A stretch of 64,000 bases of DNA from a virus: IMG/VR virus record IMGVR_UViG_3300025133_000033. One strand, given 5' to 3'. The notes below the pieces were generated by a model. The model saw only the letters and a program-made list of their open reading frames with translations, was not told the DNA's origin and did no database searches. The position numbers were made by a program, and so were the translations under genes. Below are positions 9,093-19,844 of this stretch, in pieces; positions within the stretch are counted from its first letter, which is position 1; each line of letters starts with the position of its first letter.

Positions 9093-9955
9093 GCTTTATT
9101 TAATTCCAAAAACTTATCGTGAAGTCTTTTGGCAAACGACTCTAATGCAAATTCTATACAGAACTCTTTCCTGTCCGACAAAGGATATGGAGAGTCCTTC
9201 TTGCGATTATCCCACATTAATTGTAGGTTTTCCTTAAGGGATTCGTAGGTAGGATCAAAGTAATGAGCCCTATCTCCAAAGTAATCCGCTGCTCCTTGAT
9301 AAGGTGTACGGCAGATTAGAACTTCCTTCCCTAAATGATACCCCTCAAGTAACGACATTCCTCCAGTAGAAGCCTCGTACCAAGGACAAACAATGAAGCT
9401 GGCACCAGCAATGAAGTCTTTATACTCTTCCCATGTTGTACCTCTCTGTCCTCTTTTTCTACCACCATGTTTATAGGGAATATTTAATTCAGCACATGCC
9501 TTTGCTATCCATCCTCTATGCCTATCAGGTATTTCTCTTAGCGGGTCACATACATACCCCCCATCATGAACATTAGAATGATTAAAAAATTGAGCATAGC
9601 ACTTGACCACATCATATTTTTCAATACCCCAGTGCTGCTTTAAACGTAGAACTTGACCATGAGAGGGCACCCATACCTCATCGCTAACCTTACACAGGTC
9701 TCCATAACCCTTCCAATCATAGTGACGCTCATGCTCCCAAATCCATTCATAACAATCCCAAGCATACGTAATAAACTTGACATGGGGAAATGTTCTTCGA
9801 ATCCTAATCAGCTCAGCATGATCTCCCATCTGCAAGGAGAAGAAAAAATCACAATCACTGTCTGGTTTGGTGGCAATTTCTACATGCTCTCCAAGAGCCC
9901 TTACTATTTTCTTTACAAACTCTGTATGTCCTGAGTGGTAAATAAAAATTTTCAT
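9089..9955 (-). CDS. GT-B glycosyltransferase-like (paralog of 15446..16315)
   Basis: EASTGGMSLLEG motif. Confidence 0.7.
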   Translation of the reverse strand: MKIFIYHSGHTEFVKKIVRALGEHVEIATKPDSDCDFFFSLQMGDHAELIRIRRTFPHVKFITYAWDCYEWIWEHERHYDWKGYGDLCKVSDEVWVPSHGQVLRLKQHWGIEKYDVVKCYAQFFNHSNVHDGGYVCDPLREIPDRHRGWIAKACAELNIPYKHGGRKRGQRGTTWEEYKDFIAGASFIVCPWYEASTGGMSLLEGYHLGKEVLICRTPYQGAADYFGDRAHYFDPTYESLKENLQLMWDNRKKDSPYPLSDRKEFCIEFALESFAKRLHDKFLELNKA

Positions 9956-11187
9956 ATAATCTCCAGCTTAGGACAAGGGACAATAAACCGACCCCCTTCA
10001 CGCAGGAAGGAGCTTTCTCGGGAAGTAAATTCGTGGACAAAATGCCAAGGAAGCATTAGCAGGTAGTCAGGCTTAGCCTTACGCATTTCTGCTTCAGAGT
10101 AAATAGGAATCTCTGTTCCAACTGTACGTAGTCCATATTTAATCTTTTGGCGTTCAGCAATACCGTCAATCTTAGTATGATCTAGACCAAAGAATTGTAG
10201 AAGAGTATTTCCTTTTGTTGAAGCTCCATAGCCCCACACGGTCTTACCCGCTGCTCTTACTTCATCTATCATAGAGGTCACATCTTCTCGTAGGCGTAGC
10301 AAGTCATAATAGAACATATCATATGTCTGCTTTGTGTCTAGATTTAACCAAGTCTCTAGCTCTAGTATAGAATCTATTCGGAAATTAGCTACGTCTCGGA
10401 AAGGGGCGGTATGAAATGACTTGAGGCTTGCTGATGTTTTTTGAGCGAACACACGAAAGCTGCCGCCATTAGTATCGTTTATTTCACAGTCCCTAATAGT
10501 TAGCCCTGCTTCTTCAAAGAGAGGCCTTAATATCTCTAGGGAATAATATGTCAAATGCTCATGGCAAATATTATCGAAGGCGAGCTGTCGTATCATAAGA
10601 GGAAGGTAGCTCATTTGAACTACGAAGAGTCCCTCGTCATCAAGAGCTTTATGAATGTCTTGTAGAAATTCCAAGGGCTTATCTAAGTCATAGAACATAG
10701 CAATCGCTGTGATGAATTTAAATTTACCCTCGTCCTTAACCGCCTCATAATTAAAGTAGTCTGGAATAAGGCGGTCCGCTACATACTTTGCCTTCAGAGC
10801 ACTACTAGAAGGATCTATCCCCACTGTTCTCATTGAGATTGGAACAGAGTTCAATAAGGTTCCATCGTTGCATCCTATATCAAGCCACTGATCCCCTTCC
10901 TTCCAGTCAATATGATTTAGGCATGTCTCGACTATATTGTTTAGCTCATTAGTCATAGAGGTATTAGTCCCTGAATTATACCAATACTTTCGATACATAA
11001 CATCAAGGTCTACGCTCTTGGCTAGTTGAACGAGCTTACTCTTCTTCCCAATAGTCAGAGTTAGATCTCCTCGCTGGAAATCTTCAGACTTTTCGTCTGG
11101 ACGCATAAAGTTGGAGACATACATCTCACCTAAAGAAAATAGCTCATCAACCTCGCCGCCATCTATCCTGCACTTGGGATCAGTCAT
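9952..11187 (-). CDS. NDP-hexose C-methyltransferase
   Basis: LDIGCNDGTLL, FDNICHEHLTYYS, GYGASTKGNTLLQ, LPWHF. Confidence 0.92.
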   Translation of the reverse strand: MTDPKCRIDGGEVDELFSLGEMYVSNFMRPDEKSEDFQRGDLTLTIGKKSKLVQLAKSVDLDVMYRKYWYNSGTNTSMTNELNNIVETCLNHIDWKEGDQWLDIGCNDGTLLNSVPISMRTVGIDPSSSALKAKYVADRLIPDYFNYEAVKDEGKFKFITAIAMFYDLDKPLEFLQDIHKALDDEGLFVVQMSYLPLMIRQLAFDNICHEHLTYYSLEILRPLFEEAGLTIRDCEINDTNGGSFRVFAQKTSASLKSFHTAPFRDVANFRIDSILELETWLNLDTKQTYDMFYYDLLRLREDVTSMIDEVRAAGKTVWGYGASTKGNTLLQFFGLDHTKIDGIAERQKIKYGLRTVGTEIPIYSEAEMRKAKPDYLLMLPWHFVHEFTSRESSFLREGGRFIVPCPKLEII

Positions 11188-11812
11188 CTAAGTGTTCCTC
11201 GCGTACATAAAAATCATTAACAAAAAATCTTTTTACCTTGACCCAACCGAAATCTTTAAGATAGTTTTCAATATGGGGTTCGTCATGATTATTTTCTATT
11301 ACTAATAAACCAATATCATAATACCTTCCAGTTAGCTCTAGTCCTTGAAGTACATCTATCTCTGTGCCCTCTGTATCAATAGAGATGAAGTCTATAGACT
11401 CTAGCTCTAGCTCCCGAATTATAGCATGAAGAGGACGGACGGGCACCTTAATTGTGCGACAGCCATTAATTAGATGGGCATGAGATGTTATTAGTTTTGG
11501 ATCGGGCTTCAGACCGCTTAGAGTGGACATGATATTTCTTTCACCAATATCGAATACATAGAAGTCTCGACTCCTACTATAATTCGATCCACAAGCAACC
11601 TCCATCACCTCTTTTCGTATCTTCTTTGCCGCCTCAACATGCTCTGGGATAGGGTCAATGCATATTGCTCTCCACCCTCTTTCTTCAAAGTGTAGAGTAT
11701 TAGATCCTCTTTGACCATCAGATACTCCTACCTCAATACACACCCCATTTGCTACGCCTTTGAAGTAGTCCGCTATATGTTTGTCTGTTTCTTTTTGTCC
11801 ATGCCAAGTCAT
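11180..11812 (-). CDS. FkbM-family methyltransferase
   Basis: IEVGVSDG..SNT, IDFISIDTEGTE. Confidence 0.9.
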   Translation of the reverse strand: MTWHGQKETDKHIADYFKGVANGVCIEVGVSDGQRGSNTLHFEERGWRAICIDPIPEHVEAAKKIRKEVMEVACGSNYSRSRDFYVFDIGERNIMSTLSGLKPDPKLITSHAHLINGCRTIKVPVRPLHAIIRELELESIDFISIDTEGTEIDVLQGLELTGRYYDIGLLVIENNHDEPHIENYLKDFGWVKVKRFFVNDFYVREEHLDD

Positions 11813-12039
11813 TTCTTTTTCCCATATATTTTAGTGTTCAGTCCAGAAGATTTCCCATCTATCTTCTCGTCAATTGCCGCGATAAGCTGGTTCCTCTGAG
11901 GGTTTAACGAGTTAGTCTTACGGCAGGCTTCGGCAATCTCTGCGTCGTCTTCACTATCTCTTTTTATATCTTCCAGCATCCATATCTTGAGATTAACAAT
12001 AGTCAGTTGATCAATAAGGTTTCCAATTGTGATTTCCAT
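11809..12039 (-). CDS. DUF4254-like small helical protein
   Basis: LIDQLTIVNLKIWMLED...NPQRNQLIAAID. Confidence 0.6.
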   Translation of the reverse strand: MEITIGNLIDQLTIVNLKIWMLEDIKRDSEDDAEIAEACRKTNSLNPQRNQLIAAIDEKIDGKSSGLNTKIYGKKK

Positions 12040-12729
12040 CTACTTAAATACCTCTGCTGTGGCTTGTTCAAATACTTCTCGGTCTTCAGGACAGGTTACA
12101 CGCTTGTCCCAGAACTCTTTATTAGGTCTTCTGCGACGGACAACATCTGCTACAGGCCAAGGCTCTGGGCTCTCCCTGTAGATACATCTCCAATTCTTCG
12201 CAAGCGAGGAGTCATTATTGGAGGTCTCGAAAGCCCAAGCGTCAAGGTTCTTTCCTGCGTGTAGAAGCTCTACGAACAGATTGGTACGCCAAATACTGGG
12301 CTGTAATGACGACACGAGGTTACACTCAGGGGTCATTGAGTAATAGCGAGAGTCATGCTCAAAGGGCTTATAGCCAGACCTTTTTCCTATCTGGAATCCC
12401 ATCTTATCAATCAATCTCTCCTCCATATACCTTATACCATCCCAAACGGCACTCTGGTCTACATAATCATAAAGAAAATGGTCTTCCATACAGGCGAAGA
12501 AGTATTCTTCTTTAAATTGTTCAAAAAAAGGCTTCAGATCATTACACCACGATAAACTATACCCTGGTAATTGAAACCCTGTGAAGTTGTCTGGCAACCC
12601 TTTAGGCAGAGGTCTTGGGCTAAGCACAACCACTTCATCAAAATCGCTGGCATATTTATTGTATTGATGAGCGAAGTATGGTAATAGCTTATTATACTTA
12701 CAGCTAAACACTATAGTTTTCATTATCAA
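12040..12729 (-). CDS. putative glycosyltransferase-like protein
   Basis: MEDHFL (DxD-like) and SLQPSIWR motifs; cluster context. Confidence 0.55.
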   Translation of the reverse strand: MIMKTIVFSCKYNKLLPYFAHQYNKYASDFDEVVVLSPRPLPKGLPDNFTGFQLPGYSLSWCNDLKPFFEQFKEEYFFACMEDHFLYDYVDQSAVWDGIRYMEERLIDKMGFQIGKRSGYKPFEHDSRYYSMTPECNLVSSLQPSIWRTNLFVELLHAGKNLDAWAFETSNNDSSLAKNWRCIYRESPEPWPVADVVRRRRPNKEFWDKRVTCPEDREVFEQATAEVFK

Positions 12730-13441
12730 TTATCTCCTGTAGGTCTAAGGTATAACCATACCTCTCAAAGTCCTCCTTGTGTTTTTCAGCTATCATGTCT
12801 ACACAGGCTTGAGTAATATTCTTATGGATAATCTTACGCTCAGAACGCCACTTATTTGTGGCACAAATAGTACGAACGTCTAAGCCCCACTGGTATAGGT
12901 TATTATATACGGAGAGGTCATCATACAGTGTTTCCAGCTTCATTATATTAGCATCTCTTGGCACATAGTCTGACTGTGATGTAAAATGACCGTCTTCTAG
13001 GTCAATAAAGTTATTAAGAAAATAGTAGAAGGTGGAATCCTTCTTTATTTCTGCGTCTTTAAGTCGTTGCTCCCACTGCTCCCTACCCCCTGATCCTAGC
13101 AAGGTTTTGTACATCGAAAACAATTTTAGCACAGGATGCCTAACGCAGGCAAAGCATGTATATGTTGCTAATTGCTCCTTTAATATTCTATTAGGGACAT
13201 GCTGAGGGTTTCTACTTTCATAATAGCCTCCTCTTATATTATATATAACGGAGGGAAAGTGGTCACGAAGATTCCTGTTCGCCGCTCTCGGCACTAAAAT
13301 CAATAACATCTTTTTATCACGCATAAGACATGCACTGCACGAGGAGTGCTCCGTTTTGACAGGAGTAAAAAGATGAGTACCTTTAGGAGGACGATATAAC
13401 ATAGTATGTACTAGACTCCGTATCTGTGTCTGCCGTACCAT
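12704..13441 (-). CDS. sulfotransferase family 2-like protein (true start likely downstream)
   Basis: VPRAA (PAPS-loop-like), FACVRHP..KLFSMY, HFTSQSDY, DFERYGY. Confidence 0.65.
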   Translation of the reverse strand: MVRQTQIRSLVHTMLYRPPKGTHLFTPVKTEHSSCSACLMRDKKMLLILVPRAANRNLRDHFPSVIYNIRGGYYESRNPQHVPNRILKEQLATYTCFACVRHPVLKLFSMYKTLLGSGGREQWEQRLKDAEIKKDSTFYYFLNNFIDLEDGHFTSQSDYVPRDANIMKLETLYDDLSVYNNLYQWGLDVRTICATNKWRSERKIIHKNITQACVDMIAEKHKEDFERYGYTLDLQEIIDNENYSV

Positions 13442-13934
13442 ATTCTAAACATAAAACATTCTTAGAGACACGCAGCAATTCGTTTTGAATAGCCTCCCAC
13501 TTTGACCAGCCAAGATTCTGAACCACCATAATCATAACGCTGATACAAAAGGCCCAATCAAAAGTATTGTCTTCAAAGGGTAGATTTGTCAAGTCTTCTA
13601 CTCTAAAGTCTTTGCCGGGATACATTTGCTGAGCAATAGAGATGAAGTCTGGGGACTGATCAACCCCTACATACCCTCCTCCTGCATCGGGATTTATATT
13701 TATCAGCTCTGAGGCACGACCATAACCACAGCCAGCATCAAGGACCATACAGTCTGGATCTATAAGGTCAGAGAGGATCTTTTTATGATGCTCCGTCACC
13801 TCCTGCCACATATGTTCTGGTACTCGGAATACAGAGTGTCTTATATTGCCGACCCCTATTGCCTCCTTGATACGTTTGTTCCAAAACTCAGGAGTATCTA
13901 CAGGCTTTTGCCTTTCAATTATCTCGTCATTCAT
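13383..13934 (-). CDS. class I SAM-dependent methyltransferase
   Basis: VLDAGCGYG, GVDQS, LPFEDNTFD. Confidence 0.9.
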   Translation of the reverse strand: MNDEIIERQKPVDTPEFWNKRIKEAIGVGNIRHSVFRVPEHMWQEVTEHHKKILSDLIDPDCMVLDAGCGYGRASELININPDAGGGYVGVDQSPDFISIAQQMYPGKDFRVEDLTNLPFEDNTFDWAFCISVMIMVVQNLGWSKWEAIQNELLRVSKNVLCLEYGTADTDTESSTYYVISSS

Positions 13935-14830
13935 ATTTGCTCCAACATTTTTTCGACTCGATGAATATAACAGTGTCTATCTAAAACAACGGCCTGAGTT
14001 CTCTGTGCTTTTCCCTTACAATGCTCTGGACTAGCTAGTGAGTCACGAATTAAAGAAACCAAATGATCATAGTTATGAAACATAGTTAATTCTGTGGGAG
14101 AGAACTGCTTTGCTAGATCAGCAGAGTAGGGGTGTAATATATAGGCTCCATAACCACCAAGGATATAGACTCTGTTTGACCAGTAGCTATCACTGACAGG
14201 AGGCAAGGCCAACATTATCTGTGTATTTTCAATAGTATATTTAAGTTCGTGCTGGAATATAGTATACTGAAGATGAGCCATAGGCCCAAAGTCGCTGGAT
14301 AGCCTCATGATTATTTCTGCCCGCTCACGATAGCCATTGCCTGGAGTCTGCCCAATAAATAATAGCTTTCTCCAAGTAGTCTCTCCTCTATGAGCAGTAT
14401 ATTTGTCATGTATATGGTCTGTAGTAATTCCTATCATGCGGCTATCAAAGCCTTGTTTTAAGTCAATGACATTGGGTCTATTTTTAATTCTTACGTAATC
14501 ACCATCAGTATAGAATCCTCTATAGACATGCTCATCTATGGCCTCAATATATTTATCGTTCCACGGGAATCCTTTATAGAGAGGATCAAAGAACCAGACT
14601 ATACCTTTCCACTTATTGCAGACCCATCGAGCATAGTCTACGGGCAGCTTATGGAACAGGACAAAATCGAACTCTTCATTATCAAAGCTGTCTAACGTAG
14701 GCTGGTCCTGAGCAAGAGTGCGGAAGTCCATAGTATGAACCTCGTGACCAAGCTGTCTGAAGGACCATGTAATTGCTCCTTCGTCGTCATTATTTTGCTG
14801 GCCATGTCTGCCTAGATATAAGATTTTCAT
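13931..14830 (-). CDS. CgeB/Glyco_trans_1_2-type glycosyltransferase
   Basis: YWSNRVY..LG.G and HCYIHRV C-terminus. Confidence 0.8.
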   Translation of the reverse strand: MKILYLGRHGQQNNDDEGAITWSFRQLGHEVHTMDFRTLAQDQPTLDSFDNEEFDFVLFHKLPVDYARWVCNKWKGIVWFFDPLYKGFPWNDKYIEAIDEHVYRGFYTDGDYVRIKNRPNVIDLKQGFDSRMIGITTDHIHDKYTAHRGETTWRKLLFIGQTPGNGYRERAEIIMRLSSDFGPMAHLQYTIFQHELKYTIENTQIMLALPPVSDSYWSNRVYILGGYGAYILHPYSADLAKQFSPTELTMFHNYDHLVSLIRDSLASPEHCKGKAQRTQAVVLDRHCYIHRVEKMLEQI

Positions 14831-15387
14831 TGCTCTCTAACCTTAAATAAACCTATTTGCTTAACACGTTCTACTGGCTCTAACCAACCCATCACTACAT
14901 CATAGTAGGTGCGATGAGATAGGTGTGGATGGTATGCCTCTGGCCCAAAGTCATGGATTAGTACTCGGCTATTAGAGTCTCGCAATAAAGCCTTAGCTAA
15001 GGAAGCACATGCTACCCTCGCCCTTCCATCTATATACATTAGGTCGAAAGGTTTATTTAGAGACAAGAGAGGTGCGGTGACATAAGATGCGAAGTCCATA
15101 AAATCGCCGTCATCTCCTGCGGGAGTCTTTCTTCCCGATCCATCAAACTGATCTTCCCATAGCATATTGTCAGGGGGGACAAATAAATATTCTACATTGT
15201 CATTAAGCTTTGACTTTATCTTGTTGTACCACTTGGCAGTATGCTCTACAGAGGTTAGGTGCTCTGCCTTATTCTGTAATACTGTGGTTGAATGCCCTGA
15301 TCCATACTCAAGTATGCTTTTCGGATTATTCTTTTCTATCCAATCAAGTATAAACTTCTGTTCGTCTGGATCAGTCCAAAATTCCAT
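14827..15387 (-). CDS. SAM-dependent methyltransferase-like protein
   Basis: ILEYGSGHST, SVEH, FDLMYIDGRAR, IHD. Confidence 0.8.
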   Translation of the reverse strand: MEFWTDPDEQKFILDWIEKNNPKSILEYGSGHSTTVLQNKAEHLTSVEHTAKWYNKIKSKLNDNVEYLFVPPDNMLWEDQFDGSGRKTPAGDDGDFMDFASYVTAPLLSLNKPFDLMYIDGRARVACASLAKALLRDSNSRVLIHDFGPEAYHPHLSHRTYYDVVMGWLEPVERVKQIGLFKVREQ

Positions 15388-15445
15388 TATTATCTCCTGT
15401 TTCTGCTACGCATTTGTCCTAGTAAGGCTATTCTTCGTATGCCCT

Positions 15446-16315
15446 TCATTTTATAATATCTTTTAACTGCCCTGCAAAGGCTGGGCCACTAAAGTGGCTA
15501 CAGTAGGCTTGCTGGTCTAATAAATCCGTGTCTGGAGGATTCATCCATAATTGACTTATCTCATAGCAAAGATCGTCATAAGAATCAAATTGATACCTGT
15601 ATCCACGATCCTGAAAGATATCATTAGCTCCTTGAGTGACTGAATTGGGGAATAGTACAGGCTTTCCTAAATTATACGCTTCTAATAAAGACATTCCTCC
15701 AGTCGAAGCCTCGTTGTTTGTTGTTGCAATAAAGGAACAGCCAGAGAGAATGTCTTTGTATTGTTCAAAGGTCCACCTCTTATCTCTATTGCACATATAA
15801 GGGATATTTAGCTCCGTACACGCCCTAATCCCCCATTCTGCCGTCATATCCCAAGGATATTGTCTTTGAGCAAAACATACATAATGACGATTGCAAACAC
15901 TACGTCCTTCAAAGTATTGTGCAAAAGTCCTAACACAATGAACGTTGGTAAACCCAAAGCTTTCTAGGCATAGTTTACTACCAGCATTAGGACACATGAT
16001 AGTGATATAATCTTTGTATGGCTTTAATAATCTTGCTACTAGGCTGTCGTCCTGTTGTCTATTCTCAAAGTAAAAATCCCAAATAAAAATGAATGTTGGC
16101 TTAGGCCGTGTTTCTAGTAAATATACTAGCTGGTCTAGTTCTCCTTCGGTAAATAGAGACAGGTATATATCAGCATCCTCCTGCCGAGACAACTGTAAGT
16201 AAGAAGGCAGGGCTTGAAAGACGGGGGATAAAAAAGAGCTGGTATTAGTTACGTCTGCTCGTTTCTGGGGGCCTACCTGCGTTACTAAGTATACTTTTTT
16301 GCAATTCCCTGACAT
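15446..16315 (-). CDS. GT-B glycosyltransferase-like (paralog of 9089..9955)
   Basis: EASTGGMSLLEAYNLGKPV. Confidence 0.7.
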   Translation of the reverse strand: MSGNCKKVYLVTQVGPQKRADVTNTSSFLSPVFQALPSYLQLSRQEDADIYLSLFTEGELDQLVYLLETRPKPTFIFIWDFYFENRQQDDSLVARLLKPYKDYITIMCPNAGSKLCLESFGFTNVHCVRTFAQYFEGRSVCNRHYVCFAQRQYPWDMTAEWGIRACTELNIPYMCNRDKRWTFEQYKDILSGCSFIATTNNEASTGGMSLLEAYNLGKPVLFPNSVTQGANDIFQDRGYRYQFDSYDDLCYEISQLWMNPPDTDLLDQQAYCSHFSGPAFAGQLKDIIK

Positions 16316-16472
16316 ATGTTTCCTCTAGTCTTATCAATTCTTTTCTATACTCAAGCATCTCCTTCTCTTTATCTTCTATAAGCGAACGCATACCTAAAAT
16401 ATGCCTAAATGCCAAAGATTTAGATAGAGCTATTTTATTATTATCGGCGTCAAAACCAAACATATTATTTTT

Positions 16473-17468
16473 TTATCTTAGCACCTCATCATATCTTGGC
16501 TTTAGCTTATCCCCCTGGTTAGCCTTAGCCCACAGAGCACCCTCTTTCGACTGCTTGCTAATGTCCTGACCAGCCCATTTGTCTATCGTCTCAGCTATAG
16601 ATTGTGGTCGTATCATCGCGTTTTTAATCTCAACCCCTGTCCACGGCTGAACTGTTTTAAAATAGCCGCTTACGGGGATCAGGGGCTCTCGTGGAAGCCA
16701 TTCGTTGATGGGGAACCTATCTCCTGCCATCACACACATACCGGCAGCAGAAGCCTCCTGAAGAGGTAGTGATAGCCCGTTAAATTTCTCTGGAAATAGA
16801 AATACATCCCCAGTCTTCCATAGCTCTTGGAAGGGGATCTGCTCTTTGACTATCTCGACTCTATCATCTTTAATTTCATCAACAAGACTTAGCAGCTCAG
16901 GCTTAGCGTCTGGTTGTATTCGTATGATCAGTTTTATATCTGATTTAATCATTGGAAGAGCCTGCACTACCTCTACGGTCCCATTACGTGAGAAGATTCC
17001 CCCATGACCCACATTATGTACGAAGACGTTAGCCTTCTCACGAAGGTTCCACTCCACATCATTAGGTGCAGGCACAGGAATATAGCAGGCATTAAAGTCC
17101 TGGTAATACTCTAGATCGAGAGGAGAGGGACAAATGAACTCGTCCACAAGAGCCAAGGACTGCGTTGGAGTAGACTCATACATAGGCATAAGAACAACCT
17201 TCTTACTCTTGTATTTTGCACGCTGAACAAGAGACCAATCAAATGGATTGGGCATAGGTGCCTCTAATAACAGAAGAGTATCAATGGAGTCTAAGAACTC
17301 ATCTGCGGCAAGGATGATATCCTCAGTAGGATACCATTCTAAATGTGATTCAAATTTTGGATGCTGTACTACTAGAACCTTGTCTATTATCTTTGACTCA
17401 TAAAGAAGCTTCGCTAAGATACCTAGACCAGATTTAGTAGCATAGACTATAGAGCCTACAACTGACAT
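16473..17468 (-). CDS. GT4 glycosyltransferase
   Basis: DVFLFPEKFNGLSLPLQEA. Confidence 0.85.
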   Translation of the reverse strand: MSVVGSIVYATKSGLGILAKLLYESKIIDKVLVVQHPKFESHLEWYPTEDIILAADEFLDSIDTLLLLEAPMPNPFDWSLVQRAKYKSKKVVLMPMYESTPTQSLALVDEFICPSPLDLEYYQDFNACYIPVPAPNDVEWNLREKANVFVHNVGHGGIFSRNGTVEVVQALPMIKSDIKLIIRIQPDAKPELLSLVDEIKDDRVEIVKEQIPFQELWKTGDVFLFPEKFNGLSLPLQEASAAGMCVMAGDRFPINEWLPREPLIPVSGYFKTVQPWTGVEIKNAMIRPQSIAETIDKWAGQDISKQSKEGALWAKANQGDKLKPRYDEVLR

Positions 17469-18361
17469 TCCTTTTCCTCGCTAACATTTTTTTTCATAGC
17501 AACTACAGCACGCCCCACTAGATCTTCCCAATCCTTCTCGGGCCTGACCTTATTATTATACTCTCGGGCTGTTTCTAACAATGCTGCATCTACCCCGTTA
17601 TCTTTAAACAAGGTAATCATTCCGCTTAAGTCTTTTGGAAAACAGCTTCCCCCAAAGCCCAGCTTACCATCTGGTCCTGGCACCTCCCAATGAGTAGGTT
17701 CGATACGACGGTCTGCGATGACTGCCGACTTAATAAACTTAGAGTAGTCAACTCCTAGCTCCTGACAAAGCTGATACATATGATTAGCAAATGTTACCTT
17801 GACAGAGAAGTATGAATTCGTAATGTATTTAATAAGCTCCGCTTCTATAGGCGACACAAAGATACACTCTGCCTGCGTCCATAGATTTTTATGATAGTCC
17901 TTAAGCACTGTTCTAACTTGAGGATTGTTATGCGGATTAGCAATTCCTAGAACATGACGATCAGAGTTCTTAAAATCTTCGTAGGCATTACGCTCAGTCA
18001 AGAATTCTGGGTTCGTAACTAAAATCAGACTATTAAATAAAGACTGTAGCCTTTCGCTTGTCCCAGGCACCATAGTAGATTTGATTAGGACAAGAGGCAT
18101 CTTGTTGGCGGCAGAAGCACAGTTGTTGAGAAGCCTCAAGGCATCTGTCACAATATCTAGGTGGCATCTACCCTCCTTATCCATAGGGGTAGGCAGGCAG
18201 AGATAAATCATCTCACTGTTCCTAACTACATTATGATACCCTATATCAAAAGGAATATCGTCTTTGATATCATAAGTAGTAATAGAATGATCACACCACT
18301 CTTCAAGAAAGGTTCTGATTGCTGTCCCTACAAATCCTTGGCCTATAATTCCTATCTTCAT
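17456..18361 (-). CDS. ugd: UDP-glucose/GDP-mannose 6-dehydrogenase (short form)
   Basis: GQGFVG, CLPTP, KST, NPEFL, GFGGSCFPKD. Confidence 0.88.
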   Translation of the reverse strand: MKIGIIGQGFVGTAIRTFLEEWCDHSITTYDIKDDIPFDIGYHNVVRNSEMIYLCLPTPMDKEGRCHLDIVTDALRLLNNCASAANKMPLVLIKSTMVPGTSERLQSLFNSLILVTNPEFLTERNAYEDFKNSDRHVLGIANPHNNPQVRTVLKDYHKNLWTQAECIFVSPIEAELIKYITNSYFSVKVTFANHMYQLCQELGVDYSKFIKSAVIADRRIEPTHWEVPGPDGKLGFGGSCFPKDLSGMITLFKDNGVDAALLETAREYNNKVRPEKDWEDLVGRAVVAMKKNVSEEKECQL

Positions 18362-19215
18362 GCCTTTATCTCCACTAAATCCCAGAATTTATTTTTAGAC
18401 TCATCGCACCGCTTACGGAACTCTTGAAGCCCGTAACTATTATAGTCATGCACTGCCCCTATATTATCTCCAACCTCTAGGTCAATACCACAGAGGACAG
18501 CCTCTCCAACCGCACGACAGAACGCTTCAAAGCCAATGGGGTGATAGTATAAGGTCTTGTACTTGTTATATAATACAGGCATGTAGTCGTAGCTTACAGT
18601 ACCTAGAAATTCTACATTAGGAAATCTCCTAACAGTATTCTCCATGTTCGGGTCACCCCAAGCGGCAACAACAAATTGCTTATCAGGATTATGGAGGACA
18701 TGAGAGAAAAAGTTCTGAGTCCCTTTAAGAAAATGCATGAACCCAATATATAAGGTCTTGTCTTGTCTTTCTTCTGGACTCTTGGTTACCTTAAACTTTT
18801 TAGTATTAATAGGAGGAGTTATGATGCTGACATTATGAAAGATGGGTCCAAATCTTTCAACAAACATCCGGTGATGATAATCGGATAGAAAAAAAGACTG
18901 CTTAGCACTACCGTATAATAGCTTACGGTCTTCTACAGAGAGATATGAGCAAGAGTCATGCTCTAGTCGCACATGATTAGGGAACTGGCATATGAACTGA
19001 AACACCTCGGGACGACGTAATCTCAGGTGCTCTAGGTTGTTACTGACTAGTAGATCAAAGGTATTGGCCTGTATTAGTTCATCTCTATCATTTAGATTAA
19101 AGCAAGTGATCTCATGACCCCTCTTCCTTCCCTCTTTAATGATCTCGTCATCTGTCCTTTGCGACCCACCAGGATTATTATTGATGTTGAAGTCGCTTAT
19201 CCATAATACTTTCAT
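18358..19215 (-). CDS. GT4 glycosyltransferase
   Basis: KG...VEFLG...EAFCRAVGEAVLCG. Confidence 0.82.
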   Translation of the reverse strand: MKVLWISDFNINNNPGGSQRTDDEIIKEGRKRGHEITCFNLNDRDELIQANTFDLLVSNNLEHLRLRRPEVFQFICQFPNHVRLEHDSCSYLSVEDRKLLYGSAKQSFFLSDYHHRMFVERFGPIFHNVSIITPPINTKKFKVTKSPEERQDKTLYIGFMHFLKGTQNFFSHVLHNPDKQFVVAAWGDPNMENTVRRFPNVEFLGTVSYDYMPVLYNKYKTLYYHPIGFEAFCRAVGEAVLCGIDLEVGDNIGAVHDYNSYGLQEFRKRCDESKNKFWDLVEIKA

Positions 19216-19223
19216 ATTGGTCC

Positions 19224-19844
19224 TTATCTTAATGGTGCTGGCAGGTATGGGCTTGGTTCACTTTTCGTAGCCATACGACCAAAGATCTTATCGTAATCAA
19301 AAAATCGCCAGCGATTTTGGTGATCAAAATTAGGGGCGTAACAAGCCTCAGTTATATACTTATGAGTATCTATCCAATTATCGAAAAACATATCATGCTT
19401 GCAAATTCCAAACATCCAGTGAGGTATTTCTTTCTTTCCTTGAGGACAGCAGATAATAACGGGCTTGCGTTGGTAGGAAGATAGGCATGACTCATGGTAG
19501 CTACCACACATATGAGCTGTCTTGTCTATATAAAGAAGAACCGCATCGGCCTTATCAACCATGCGGTAATCGTCTGCTACGACAGTCTTAATGATCTCGT
19601 GCATCTCATCGTAGCGTCCTTCCTCTTTCATATCGAGGATCATTTGATAGTATCCATCGTCCTCATCTAGTCCGTAGGTTGCCTTATTGTATGGGCAAAG
19701 TACTCCTATGCCATGAGAATGGAGGAATTTAGTCTCTTCCTGTCTCCATGTAGCACCACGATCAGCTACATCATCCATAGGACCAGCCAAGTAAAACATG
19801 GCCCCATCTAATCTATGTCTCATTAAATTATCCTGTAGTACCAA
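19224..19844 (-). CDS. nucleoside 2-deoxyribosyltransferase-like protein
   Basis: FYLAGPM, D..MVDKAD, GSYHE. Confidence 0.75.
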   Translation of the reverse strand: MVLQDNLMRHRLDGAMFYLAGPMDDVADRGATWRQEETKFLHSHGIGVLCPYNKATYGLDEDDGYYQMILDMKEEGRYDEMHEIIKTVVADDYRMVDKADAVLLYIDKTAHMCGSYHESCLSSYQRKPVIICCPQGKKEIPHWMFGICKHDMFFDNWIDTHKYITEACYAPNFDHQNRWRFFDYDKIFGRMATKSEPSPYLPAPLR

